Source: Antedon mediterranea (lineage: Eukaryota > Animalia > Echinodermata). Taken from it: a DNA stretch of 64,000 bases. The position numbers were made by a program, and so were the translations under genes. Position 1 is the first letter of the stretch. The number at the start of each line of letters is the position of its first letter. This document shows, in pieces, positions 51,145 through 64,000 of the stretch. The stretch spans positions 36,714,304-36,778,303 of the forward strand of contig NC_092671.1 in assembly GCF_964355755.1 (NCBI RefSeq), given 5' to 3'. A model generated the notes under the pieces. That model had not been told where the DNA came from and searched no databases. It saw only the letters and a program-made list of their open reading frames with translations.

Positions 51145-54100
51145 CTGAAAAAATAATAAAATAATTCATTAATTCATTCCTTTATTTCGAATAGTACATC
51201 CATATACAAACATACAAAACAAAAAGAGAACAAATTTCACCAGAAAATTAACACAAAAATCAACCTAAAATATCCTAAAATATCAATTTGCTCCAATGCC
51301 GATGTAGGTTGGATTGTGGAAGTATGTTAACTAAGGTTTGAATCAGACTATTACAACTCTCCTGAATTCTGTTCTTAAAAAAATGTTCATAATGAGTAAA
51401 TAAGTACAGAACAAGTTTTTTGTTGGTTAATAGTTATTTTAAATTTCTCATTTCTTGACAATATTTTCTTATTAAAATCAATGGTTAAAACAATACAGAT
51501 CTTTTTCGTTATTTGTACGGATATAGATATACAAATAAAAAGAAATTGAACTGAAAATGAAAATGAAAATTGAATTATTAGAATATTAAAATACACAAAA
51601 GATTTATTTTAAATTCAAATTTTATATTCTTGGAAATACTGAATTAGAAATGAATTATTTTATTTTATTCATCCTATAAAAATACCCTTCAATTAGAAAA
51701 ACGTATTGTTAACTAAAACCACAAGATAGCTTCATATCAAACAAACGAAATAAAAATGAACAATTTCTGAACAAGTAATAAATTACCGGTAGGTAAAATC
51801 ATCGACACTTTCAGTACACGCTGTATATTGAGCATAATAGACGCAATTAACGCAACAATCAAGCAAATTAACCTTTCTTATGTGTCTTGATACAATCACA
51901 CCATTAAAATTTATTTTTTTATTATATTGAAGTCAAAATATGTTTTCATTTGGTCAAGAAAAAACGCTATGAATATCTTTCCAAACACAAAAACATGCAA
52001 TAACATATAAATTTCAAATGAGACATAATTATTTACATATTATACGTTTGTTGCGATTAGGAAACATTTTTCTACTCTCATCAACTTCAGAATACAAAAT
52101 TAAAATATTTCATAAAAAACAAACAAAATACATAATTTCACACATATCAAAAGATAAGTTTTGTGTTGAATTAAAATTTGCATTATAAAATTGAAATATT
52201 TTACAGAATAATAACAAAATATATACATTCCATACACTGATTAGTGTTATTGAATATCAAAAGCTTTAATTAGCATTCATAATTTAATAATCACTATAAT
52301 ATTGTGAAGTGAGTCAATAATCCATATTATTCGATTTTCTTTTTATATCAAATCTAACAATCATAATGTGAATTCCAATCATAATTTAATAATCAAAATT
52401 CAATTTGTAATCAGTTTAGCTTTTATCCGATAATTTAATCGTTTTCATTTTACATGCCATATACAGCGCTGAATGATGAACAAACACTTGACTATTGCTA
52501 CAGTACAACGCTGCTTAAAATCAATAAATGATTTTCTCTCCATCATTAAGCCTTTCTTGCATAAGTGTGAAAAGCCCACATTTAATAACCAACTCCCTAT
52601 TGGATTAGAATGGCTAACGACAAGGAGACGTACGCTGTTGAATATCGCAACGAGAACACGCCACTCTGCCACTAATCTATATTAAATTACGATACCGCCG
52701 TTTACAATTATCGCTAAAGCGTAGTTCATTAATATAGACATCTTACACTATTATGTAAAATTGTAAATTAATTGTCTGCAGTTTAGGAGAAATCAGATTC
52801 TAACAAGATGTATTCACCTTGGTTACGTAAACTAACAAAGAAATAGAGTAAATTACTTTTTACAAAGCATACAAGACTTCCTAATGCTTGTAAACATAAT
52901 ATACAAAAAATCACTGATTCACCATAAGTTCAAGTGAAAAATAAATACACAAATTAAGGAGTGATATCACAGTGATGTTATAGCTTACATTTCATAACAT
53001 TATGAATTCAATTTATTAATATTATAAAAGCACCAAACCAAATTATTTATTATTTTATACATCTACAAAAATATTGGACTGATACTGTTGCCATTTAGCA
53101 CCTTTTATTTATATATTATATATATTTTTTCCTTTTTCTACCCGGATCTACCTGAATTTTGAGACTAAGCATTGATGTTTCTGTGCCCCTCTTGACCAGA
53201 ACATATTCTTCTTTGATTCAGATTTTAATTTGAGTTTATTCTGTTTTTATAGATTTCCCACAAAGAAAGATTTATTAGATTAAGAATATCCTTTTTTTTT
53301 CCATTTTCCTTTTACAGTCAATTAATTAAAATTTATTATTATTATTTATCATAAAAAACTAAAAAATTTACTTGAAAATATTTAGTTATATAATTGCATA
53401 TTATATAATACTTTTTTAAATATAAAAATGTATTACCTGCAGAAAGTAAATTGAGCTTAACTGCTACAAATAATCTTGATTGAACATAAATAGTCAAGCT
53501 TCCAAATGAATTAACCTTTAAAATCTTTAATAGTGACTCAAATTGGTTTTCGAAAATTAGTAATTATGAGTAATTATCAGAAATTTCACAATTCATTATA
53601 AAGATTGTGTAATACGATGAAGCAGTGTTCAACAAAAGGTAGGTGAAACAGTCCTGAATTAATATCTGTTGAACAAAGGGTAGAGAAGAGATAGCCCCAA
53701 GGTAAAAATCGTCATAATTAATTATGCTACTAGAGTCTTACAATAGACATCAAAATCAATACTAAACAATATCAGTTTTTTTCACTATCTACACACATAC
53801 CTGGACTTTTGTTCATTTAATTAACTTCTTGAAAGAATTTATTTATGCAAAATTAATTTGTTACAATTATATTATAGTTAATTGTACTATAATAAAATAC
53901 TAAAACTAACTTATTTTATAGTTTATTATAGATAATAATGAAGGTATACTGTACCTCCATGGTTGTATTATATTCAGGTATATTTATTATTTTAAAAAAA
54001 GATCAATGATACAAATAGCCAAAAGGCTGAACCCTTAACATTTTATAATAAAAAAGTTAAAATCCACAAGAAAATATATGCATTATGTAAAAATGTATAG

Positions 54101-57100
54101 ATAATTAAATATATATTAAAATGATAATTACTGTATGTGAAATCAACAACTACTTGTTTTTTCTTATACTTTACTATCCTCGAAAGCTAAATTTTATTTT
54201 TATTTCATATGATGCATTATGCTTCTTAGAACAAAGAAATATTAAAAATAATGGTTTAGGCATTACACAAGTTACTGTATATGACGATATTACGAAGGTT
54301 GAAAACAAACAAACAAATGAAAAATAATGGTTTTATTGTATTCGTTTTAACATCTGGTTCTGAATCATATTGTGCACTTTGCGGAGTTGATTGAAACTGG
54401 TGAAGTTTTCACCGCATACCCAAAAATAGTGTCACAGTTGAGCTTCCATACCCGTGGGCTAATTTCCTAACAGTGTTAGCCTAATAACAAAATTTGAGAC
54501 TTTCACGCTGTGCAATCAAATTGCTACTTTCACCACCCCATACTACTAGTGTAAACCTCGTCATTACTTCATGTATTTTGATTGGTCGCCGGGTGACTTT
54601 AGGGCGGCCATGTGTCAATTCTGGTCAGATCTGTGTTCGTATGTAAAGGCGGCCCCTAGAGAGTGCACTGTTTATCGACGGTGAGGTCTTTGCTCTACTT
54701 TGCTTGCCGATATGGTTTTGTTTCAATCACAACATACATTCACCGTAACGGTATTTGGAATGTCCCTCTAGGAACGAAACATACATTGGATCTCTTTCAC
54801 CGCTGTTTGCTTCTCAGTCTTTACTATAACCTGAGGGAACTGACAGAAACATTCTCGCATAAAAACAAACGCTGTAGATTGTTGCCACGCACTTATGTCA
54901 AAATAATCAGAACCTATTTTCTAATACCAGCTATCATTATAATATCCTTATGTCACATGGCAAAATACAGTGGCTGAAAAGACATATCTACATACATTGT
55001 TTAAACAGTGTAAAAAAATAACTATTTGTACATTAATTTATCAAGTAAATATTAATATGCTTTCTTATTTTAATTGCATGATTATTTTTCTCATATTATT
55101 ATATACTATTAATATTAACAACAGTATGCATTTTGCTAAAATCTTTATATTTCAAAAAGTGCAATTCATCGTTATACTTTACTATGTACTTAAGTGAATT
55201 TTAAGTTATTAAATATGTGATATTGGGCCTGATGACTACACATCCCTAGAGTTGGTGGGTGTTGGCGCAATAAACACACCAGTCAACAAAATCAGTCTGT
55301 TAAACATGATGAAACGAACAAGGAGAAATATATATTTTAACACTGTACAGGCTGTATTAAGGGATTGGGGTGGGGGATGTGACTGTCATGAAATTTTATT
55401 TTATACAGTACCTTCTCATAATTGAATAATCAAACTAAAATATTTAAAACTTAAACTACATTGTTTACGGTTACAGTATATGCATTCTCAAATATCTTTT
55501 TTATTTATTTAAGCTATATTAATATAGTACAGTAGGTCAGTATACCGATATATAAAACATTATTATTGTTTAGTTCACACTACAGACTATTAGCAGGAAA
55601 TACTCGATAAAATGTGTCACATTAGGCCTAAATAAATGTAATTATCTGTGTTTGGTGTGGGTGGTAAATATACCTAAAAGGATACACACAACACAAGATG
55701 TTAAATCAGATAGCCTATCGTTTTTGCAAGTAAGCATTTCATACGAGAAGACGTACTCAGCTTTATCATTAGAATGTTTATCAAATGGTAATTTCTTCAA
55801 TTTAAACAGATTAATCTTTAGGAGGCTGGGGAAGAGTAAATCTCCCCCGAGTCAATTAAACATCGACCTGTGCTCGCTACTTGGCCTAAAAAATAATGTT
55901 TTTAACACATCCAGGGTTATAAGTCAGATTTGAACAAGCATACGATGTTGCGATCTGTTATGACGGTAAGATTTTCAAATCAACGTTGACGTGTATATCC
56001 ACGTAAGGTGAATCGTCTACAAATTAATGAAAACCTTTACAATTTAATTAAACTATTGGATTTCTTATTTAGACGGATAAGATGAATATAATCGGCTTTC
56101 TATTAGCAACAGAGAGTGCTTAAATGTGTTGCACACTGAATTAGTATCAGAATTCCTTTTATTAAAGTCTATTAAATAAATTCAATGTTTAATCTGCGTA
56201 GTTTTATTGGTTTATAATGTGCAATAATATATATATTTAAACAAATTCTACATTTGGTATCGTTAATTTACTAATCTTCTAAAATTTAGATTTAGAAAAC
56301 ATAATTTAAATTTAATCTACCCCTTTTTCCTAAACCTATATCCGTGTTAAATACACTAAACTCTCTTCATAAAGATCTATATTTTAATAAATGTTTTCTT
56401 TATTATTATTTTTATCTTTCGAAGAAGAGAAAGTTGGAACGTCATTAGAGATGAGAGGTATTATAGTCGCATCTATCTTTAATTTATCATCTTATTGAGT
56501 GCTTGTTTATTTTTGCATGTTAGAAGCATTACCAAATGATAATAAGTTACCTTTTAGAAGTGTTGTAAAAATAAATTGATTATTGTTGAGGTAAAAAGGA
56601 ATTTAAGGCATGACCACTCATAAAGTTTAAGGGTAATAAATAAGTGCAAAATGGTCAAAGGTCATTCGTTCTATCTAACTATGATCGCTGATCGCTATCT
56701 CTTTTTCTTCCTTAAAAATGTTCTGAATTAAATAAATAATCGCCTTGTATTAAGAACAAGCCTTAAAACAAGAATTTGTTTTTATTGGAACTAAATATAA
56801 TATTTTAAATCAAAATGTGTCAATGTTAATATTGAATATAAAATTTACATTAATAAACAATTACACAGCTGATTCATCATATGGTATGCTGAATAAATGA
56901 ATATATCTATTTATTATAAATTAATATTATTATTAAACTATTAATTCTTTACTTTTCCAAACATTCTAAAGTAAAATAATATGTTTTACCAATTATTAAT
57001 ATTATTTAACACAGTTTGTACTGCACAGTGTAAAAGTTCAAAATTGTTCTGTTAGATGTATCTTAACTGCATGAGGCCAATGAATATTACATGCGTAAAT

Positions 57101-59517
57101 ATCAAAGTGCATTAATGAACTATGGCTGTACCAAGCATTTATAGGGGTCAAATGTCTACCGGTAGAGGTCACCACTACCTGGTAGGGTCTACAGTAATAG
57201 AGCAGTTGTGAAGCTCCAACGTCAATCACAACCTCCTGGGTTCAATCCTTGAAAGATTAAATATATTTTTACGAAGATAAGAGCATGATGTTTGTCACCC
57301 AATTCCATTGGCTATTATGGTATAATATCAGTCAACTCTCAGACAAAATATCTTGGGTTCAATTCTTCACAAAGTCGCATACATCCGTAATTTGATTGGT
57401 TATACCAATGGACTAATTTCTTAAATAATTTTCATTTTCTTTTAATTTTCTAACTACAGTATGTTTCTTTATATCAGTTCTAACATTCCCTTTAATACTA
57501 TATTAATTGAATTTTCTCTCCAATCGAATACTAAATCTTATTCTAAGGAACTAGTTCACTAAAAGTCAGTCCTAGTTGATAAGACAAATTAGAATCATAA
57601 GTACCACACTATCAAAGTACGACTGTTTATTCCATTAAGTGTAACAGATTATCAAATCAAATACGTTACGACACGATGCGATGCGTCAATATTCCCCAAT
57701 TCAAGTTTTGATCAGCATGTGGGCTAGATGCAAGGATCAAAAGGACATTCACAACACAAAATAAATATAATTTCACAATAATGTCTTTTACAGGACATAT
57801 ACCTGAGTATCCCATATTCAAATATAATCCCACCCCCTAATTTAGAACCAAACACAAGAATTAAAAGTTCCATTGATAATGCAATATAACTCCACATTTT
57901 TGCTAAATTTTATATACAGGCTCCCTTTAAATGGTATACAGAATAAAGTGGGCATGTTACTCTGATTTTGATACTAAAAAATTACAAGCAAAAATATTAT
58001 ATTTTTATTTGGAGAATGTTGCACTAAAAAAGATTTAAAAAATGTAAATAAACTTGTTAAAATTTGGAACATGCATCATCAGAGAGTCAGCAAATGCCTG
58101 TAAAGTAATTGACCTAGAGGTCAAACTGTTGTCCACTTACTGTATGTTGCTGGAAATCTTATATTCTGTAGATTTTATCTTAAAAAATTATAATAGCAAA
58201 ACAGTTCAATAGGTCTTTAGCCTTGTCAATCTATGATACAGTAGGGTGCTAACAAGGTTTCAGAACTTATTTTATGGTATTATGTCTTGTAGGCTTGTCC
58301 TTACCGTTTGAATCAAATGCAACAAGCATGGGACTTGCTTAGGCCTCATGGGCTTATCCGCAGGGTCTAAAAACTTAATATCAGTATTAGCCAAGCTAAA
58401 CAACTTTACCTGATATTCTCTACATTCCTTGAGGGAGATCACTATTTTATATTAAATTTATACCTAGAAGTAAAGTAAATTAAACAAAATATCTTGTTTG
58501 CTGTTTACACTTTATGGTAGTGGTACTGTAGCATAGTGCCTGCCTTCATCACCAAAGCTCTGGGTTCAATTCTAATTAATTCCACATAACTGCAACCTAT
58601 AATTACTTTTCCTATTTGTCTACATTATATCTGAATTACGTGATACACTCAATAAAAATTAATATACAACAAACAAAATACATTGATCTCTGTATCAGCA
58701 TACTACATATTATTTTCAAAATGCCTTATTCTAATACATTTTTAATATCTGGTGAAATAATTTCAGTATTTTTTCTTTGATAATTAGTCAGCCAGCCCAA
58801 AGGGCATAGGTCATATAGCCTTCCAGGCAAAGACAACTGCAGGCTGTAATTAGATAGGCCTTTCTGAACAGCTAAAACGACTGCCTAGAAAAATTGAAAC
58901 TCGATATCATCATTCCATGAACATTTATGATTTATATAATATACAAATCAACAAACAATCGTCTCCTATCAATTTTAATATCTTATTATATCATATTTAA
59001 TGACTAAAGATTAGGAACACACTAAGAATGATCAAGTTCTGTTAGTATTTCTGATTTATATTGCATAGTAGCGCTTTCATTGTTTTCTTCGGCTTTTCGT
59101 ATGAGGTCATCCCTTGTGATTAATTGAAAACAGATGATGTTTCTGCCTTGATTTATTCTAAGTTTCCTTATAAAACAATTTTATTCTAACAATAAAATAT
59201 TAAACAATATTCATTTTAAGGAAAATATTTGATACTTGCGTTCCCAAAATGAACAATTAAAATTGGTTTTAAATTGCTTTTAAAATTACTGTAAATTCTT
59301 GTGCATGTTATTCCCAACAAAATTTAAATTAAATTTAAATACAGCACTTATTGTAAGCAATTATTAGACTACAAAATCTATGCTATGGGGGTCAAACAAA
59401 TTGTATCATTACTTCTTATAATTCTACAACTAACTTTTTTTTTTTTAACACCAGTCCTGTTTAGTTGATGTAACTGTAAAGTTAGGGTGGTATTATAACA
59501 ATTTTTGGAGGGGTTTA

Positions 59518-59692
59518 CAGGGAACATTTTCGCCAGTGTAGCGTAGCAAAAAGCTATACAAAACCACCTTATTGCTACACATTTTGAAAATTGTGTAGCA
59601 AAAAATACAATACAAAACTATGTTTCTCGACTTAAAAATCAGTTTGATTAGCAATATTGCTAAACAAAATTTTTAAATGAAAATTTTCCCTG
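59518..59692. mobile_element. Small TIR element
   Basis: CAGGGAACATTTTC...GAAAATTTTCCCTG with GTTTA on both flanks and internal TAGCA motifs. Confidence 0.5.
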
Positions 59693-60797
59693 GTTTATAT
59701 CTGCATAAGTTTTCTAATATAAAGTTACAACTGATCGACAGATCTAGGTTTGACAGTGAAACAAGTTGTAAAGAATAAACATGAACGGACATGAATTACG
59801 ACACAGAATCGTGAGGTAGAAACCTAAACTTGAATGTTGTCCTTTAAAAATAACCTAAGGGGCAAAGGAACAGCACAAACCTGTTAACCAACGAACAATA
59901 GGGATCCTATTACAGTAGGACATCAAAGAAAGGAAGCTAATTACTATGTATCCCATTTTGATATTAATTTAGCCGTTTTTACGCTGTCATGGAGCGTGCG
60001 GTTGTGACTGAGAATTGCTCTTGGTTATTCCATGCTGAGGTGCTAGGCCTACACATTCAAGGTTACCTTCTTGTTTTTTCCCAAGGCAGAACACAATAGA
60101 TTCTACTGGCTGGGTGCCGACAATTTCATCGTGGGAAGTTTCCATTTGAAAACGAGTTCCTCTCATGTAATACTATCTATTGTTCAAATTTTTTTTAAAG
60201 TGCAATTGTGAAATGAAATACCAACATGATTAATATACTTCTCTTCCAGGTAGTAACGTTTAAGATTTTCTCACAATCAAAAGTTGTTGAACTTTCTTTC
60301 GTTGTACCATAATATTCAAAAGTGTAATATAGTGTCATAGCCATGAGAAATAAAGTGGTGCGGTGATCGCAAAAAAAAGAACAATTTCTCATTGGGATGC
60401 AGAATTGTCGGAAATGTGGTCCAGAAAAAACCATACCAACGGTACTAGTGGCTACAGCCCTGTGATATTGTTTGTACTACCACAAATTTTGTTTTGTTTT
60501 TGTTTATAGAATTAAACAAATCTTGATATTTCTGTCAGCAATGTGATTTAAAGATGTGCGATTGTAAAAGGGAAAAAAACCCTAGCTGGGAAGGGGGTAC
60601 AGGGGGGCCCTCAAATGTTTGCAGTCAGGTATGGTTTTAATTCAATATTTAGATGCATTTAAATGATATCTTGTTGAAGAATCTAATAAATTAATAATAC
60701 ATTGATCTAATAATGGGTTTGGTCTATCAAAATCTGACCAACCATTCTGGTGGCTACAGCCGTGTTACCATGGTAACAACACACAACCAACACTTAC

Positions 60798-60855
60798 CTG
60801 CTACATAGTTACTTTCATTCATTCCTCCTCGTTCACTCATTTCATATTCATAATT
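60798..60855 (-). CDS. TCF12: E-protein exon (5'-most found): NYEYEMSERGGMNESNYVA
   Basis: Acceptor ttttCAG 60858-60856, donor CAG|GTAAGT; the only open frame ends in phase 1 and fits the next exon. Confidence 0.75.
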
Positions 60856-61735
60856 CTGAAAATATTAAAAGAAAAAAAAATTCCTTAAAACATTAAAGAA
60901 TTAAAATTATATAATACTAAAAAAATAATCCTAGATAACTAGATAAAAATCTTAAAAGTATGTGTACTTTGTTGAAAATAAATTACAGTACAGAAAAATA
61001 TGTTCGATGAAAAAAAATGTTTGATGATACAGTAATAAGTATGGTACCATTTTCAAGTAATACTTACCAAATGAAATTATATAATTTAACTACAAAGAAA
61101 CTATGTACAAATTTAACTATATACAGTAGCATATAAATCATATAGACCAAAAATCTTTAAAATTTATATCTGACTTTCTAAAATCTTCATAAAAAATAGC
61201 AAAAATCTGATAACGAACAATAGATCACAAAATCAATAAAGTTTGTAACGCATACAAAAATGATAATTACTGATGTAAGGAGAAACTAAGGATAATATTT
61301 GTAAGCAAATAAAAACGACTATAAATATTGATTAAGGTAGTATTGAATGCTATCAAATAGAAATCACAGGTAGAATCAAAGAATAAATGAAGACAAGCTA
61401 TTAAGCACTTTCTCAAGGGACACGAGTTCAGCAGAAAAATGATAAATTTATTGTCTCGCTATATGGTAATGGCGGAAATCAAATCCGAACGAACCTGTCA
61501 TTCGTTTCCTGGTGTTAAAGCTTCAAAGGATGTTAGTAGATTCAGGTGATGTAAAATTATCATCGCATTCATATCAAATAAAACTCCAAACAACAAAACA
61601 TGAGAAAAAAAACCTTAAAATTAGCTTAAAACCAACTCATTAAAAAGATTCAAATTAATTAATTAAATTTCAGTATATCACCGGGCGGTTTAGAATTAAT
61701 GTTCTTTGCCTGATTTGTTTATATATATATATATA

Positions 61736-61907
61736 TAAATCCAAAGGCAAATTACTGAAAAAATGACAATGCTGTGGGTATCAGTGGCTGGATCTCAATG
61801 GAGATACAAAAATAAAAAGCGAAAAGCTAAATCAAAACGATAAAGTAAACAGCCAGAAAAGTTAGCAGAGCGTTCGGGCAACACTAGCCCTTCATCAGTG
61901 CAAGTGA
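61736..61907 (-). mobile_element. Penelope-like terminal repeat with minimal hammerhead motif, inside a (TA)n tract
   Basis: Minus strand GCA-CTGATGA-A-GGGC-TAGTGTT-GCCC-GAAC-GC-TC-TGC (61901-61865); (TA)n on both sides. Confidence 0.7.
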
Positions 61908-62019
61908 TATATATATATATATATCCAAAACTACTGCATAAATTTTTCTCTTTCATTTACAATTTCTAATGGAAATATTCTAAATAAAATTTTACATAAT
62001 TTTTGACAATTTGCTAAAA

Positions 62020-62138
62020 TTGAAAAAAAAATGTGATGTGCCCATACATAGACATGATGATGTCATATCACTACTACAGTATATTTGAGTACACCACACT
62101 TTTTTTTGTCAAACTAATTTGATAGTGTGGACAGAACT
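62020..62138. mobile_element. MITE family A, copy 15 (left end missing)
   Basis: Interior and degenerate right TIR. Confidence 0.75.
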
Positions 62139-62454
62139 TAAGTCAGTAAATGAATCCACCATTCTGTCAACAAACTATCAGCGTAAAGACATCTAAACAA
62201 CTCAGTGAATCTTGTTTATTTTAACACCTAAGTGCAAGCGATCCTGGCGATTACAGTTTTTATCTGTCAACCAACGAGCTATTATTACTCTGACAGCGTA
62301 CTTATTAAAAGCCTTTTGTTTTAATGCAATCGCTTTAGGAAGTTGTTGCCAACCATTATATATCTTGTATTATCTTGATGATTACTTTTGATATTGCTCA
62401 ATACCTTTCACTATCATAATGTCAAGCACAATATATCTATTAACAACTATTATC

Positions 62455-62780
62455 ACAAGATTTTTATTACATATATTTTTAGTGCAAGTAGTTTTATATA
62501 ATGAAGAATAAAAATTAAATATTTATGGTAAAGAAACATATAGCATATTTGTTGAGGAAAGATCTGATACGTTTTTGCTGAGATACTGTAGGCTACTGTA
62601 TCTTTATTTATATCTCTTTTTAAATATCTAATTACAAGATTTTTATTACATATATTTCTTAAAGTTTTGTATGATGGAGTATAAATATTAAATTATTGTG
62701 GTAAAGAAACATATACTGTAGTATATTTGTTCAGGACAGAACAGATTGTTTTAAGATGAGATACTGTAGGCTATCTATAT
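62455..62780. repeat. Diverged two-copy ~180-bp tandem duplication
   Basis: ACAAGATTTTTATTACATATATT...GGTAAAGAAACATAT...GATACTGTAGGCTA twice. Confidence 0.8.
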
Positions 62781-63144
62781 TTATATTTGTTTTTAAAGAT
62801 ATTTAATTTCTTTTTATTTATATTAAATTAAAGGAGCCTTTTGGGCTATTATGGAAAATCTTTTATTTATTTAAAATGTAGTTTTTCTGTGCTGTCAGTA
62901 TAGTAGTTATAATGACTTTGTACAATACTGTATGTATTTAAAATAAATAATTTTATTTTTTAAAATTCTTTGATTATTGAAATATCAAATGATTTGTATA
63001 GTAACAAATTGCTCTCTTGCTTGGAAACTTTTTTGTTCCTGATTGTCGAAAGATTGAAAATAAAATAAAAATAAAATAAAACAATGTTTATTAGTGATTT
63101 AATGTATTAAAAGCAAACATTTTTTTGCCGATGGATTAGCTTAA

Positions 63145-63323
63145 AGCGTGGTTTCCACTAGCGACGCAACACAAGGACGTAACGCAACGCAAGTGAATTG
63201 ACCAATCACAAGCGATGGCTTATTCGCTTGTGATTGCTAACTGTCTATAACTTTGCTTGTCATTGGTTAAAATGCTTGCGTTGCGTTTACGTCCTTGCGT
63301 TACGTTCTAGTGGGAACCAAGTT
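63145..63323. mobile_element. Harbinger-type MITE, TAA TSD
   Basis: Imperfect TIRs AGCGTGGTTTCCACTAG / CTAGTGGGAACCAAGTT extended by palindromic CGCAA repeats; TAA on both flanks. Confidence 0.8.
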
Positions 63324-64000
63324 TAAATAAAGATGTTTCTTATTTACCATAGGCCTAATTATATTACTGCAAAATGAATCAACTACAGTATGGCATAAAC
63401 GGCAAACAAACAACAACAAAATCATTTATTTTACATATTTATAAATCCACATCTGTATGGAATAATTAACAATATAATCCAAAAAGGTGGCATTTGTCAA
63501 TAAGTAGTATTTTCCCCTCAATGAACACTTTCACTTCCATTTTTATCTGTGGGAATAATCTATCGTGCCAAATTAATTTGCTTCACATTCAACTGTCAAA
63601 TACTTGAATATACTTGTGTACTTCACCGGCGTTCACCAACATTTAAACTTTCTGAAGTAAATTTGAAACTTAAACTTACATAGCCATACTGTACAAACTT
63701 AGTGGGAAATAGCATTTCATTTTAGTATTATTAGAAATGGCATATCTATTATTTGGTTAAAATTGTATATCATATTATAGTACAACAAACTATAGGGTGG
63801 TGGGTACGGATTAGGGCACCTTCAGAACCAAACAAAAGTATCCCCTTAATATTGGTGTTCCCTGAATAGGTTGGTTGTAGTGTTACATGATTTCTCCTTG
63901 TTCATCTTACGAAAAAAGTGTCCCTTTAATGGGGATGTCCCTTGAATAGGAGTGCCAAAAAGATGGGGGTTTATTATAGGCCTTTATTATTTATAAGGGG

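Larger units (their letters stand above)
6876..60855 (-). other. TCF12: E-protein gene body (class I bHLH, TCF12/TCF4/TCF3/daughterless ortholog), 5' part outside the window
   Basis: 16 GT-AG exons in phase, 2001 nt, no internal stop; motifs RRRP, VYSP, LPPM, TGVTLGKALAS-IY, SNPSTPV, LNDAIHVL, b[20 protein letters not shown] in E-protein order. The symbol is a family label; the vertebrate paralog cannot be assigned. Confidence 0.95.

Noticed and set aside
50779-60434. ORFs 50779-50979, 50891-51139 and 60195-60434
   Set aside because: They share a degenerate segment (FFCxHRTTL), so they are fragments of an old dispersed repeat

Overview
AT-rich, intron-rich animal DNA, probably a marine invertebrate deuterostome such as an echinoderm (inferred, not provable here). 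Most of the window (6876-60855, minus strand) is one class I bHLH E-protein gene (TCF12/HEB-TCF4/E2-2-TCF3/daughterless family). I assembled 16 GT-AG exons by hand. They join in phase into 2001 nt (666 aa + stop); the AD1-coding 5' exons lie beyond the right edge. At the left, the last coding exon of an MCC homolog (+, 2251-2334, ending ETSL) converges on it. The most interesting signal is hidden isoform architecture missed by the ORF track: (i) a TATA/Inr internal promoter and 29-codon first exon at 14374-14690 predicting a bHLH isoform lacking both AD1 and AD2; (ii) a 29-codon exon at the HEBAlt/E2-2Alt position (40418-40504); (iii) a further Alt-like exon that could be mutually exclusive with the NLS exon (46019-46074); (iv) a 93-bp repeat that multiplies a half-exon with its splice sites; (v) a 4-nt-shifted donor that switches the C-terminus. 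Introns also hold a dense E-box cluster, 15 copies of one Harbinger-type MITE, piggyBac- and Kolobok-like elements, a Deu/Nin-type SINE and Penelope-like repeats with a minimal hammerhead motif. All isoform calls are predictions from sequence; comparisons to vertebrate proteins are from memory and need alignment and RNA checks.
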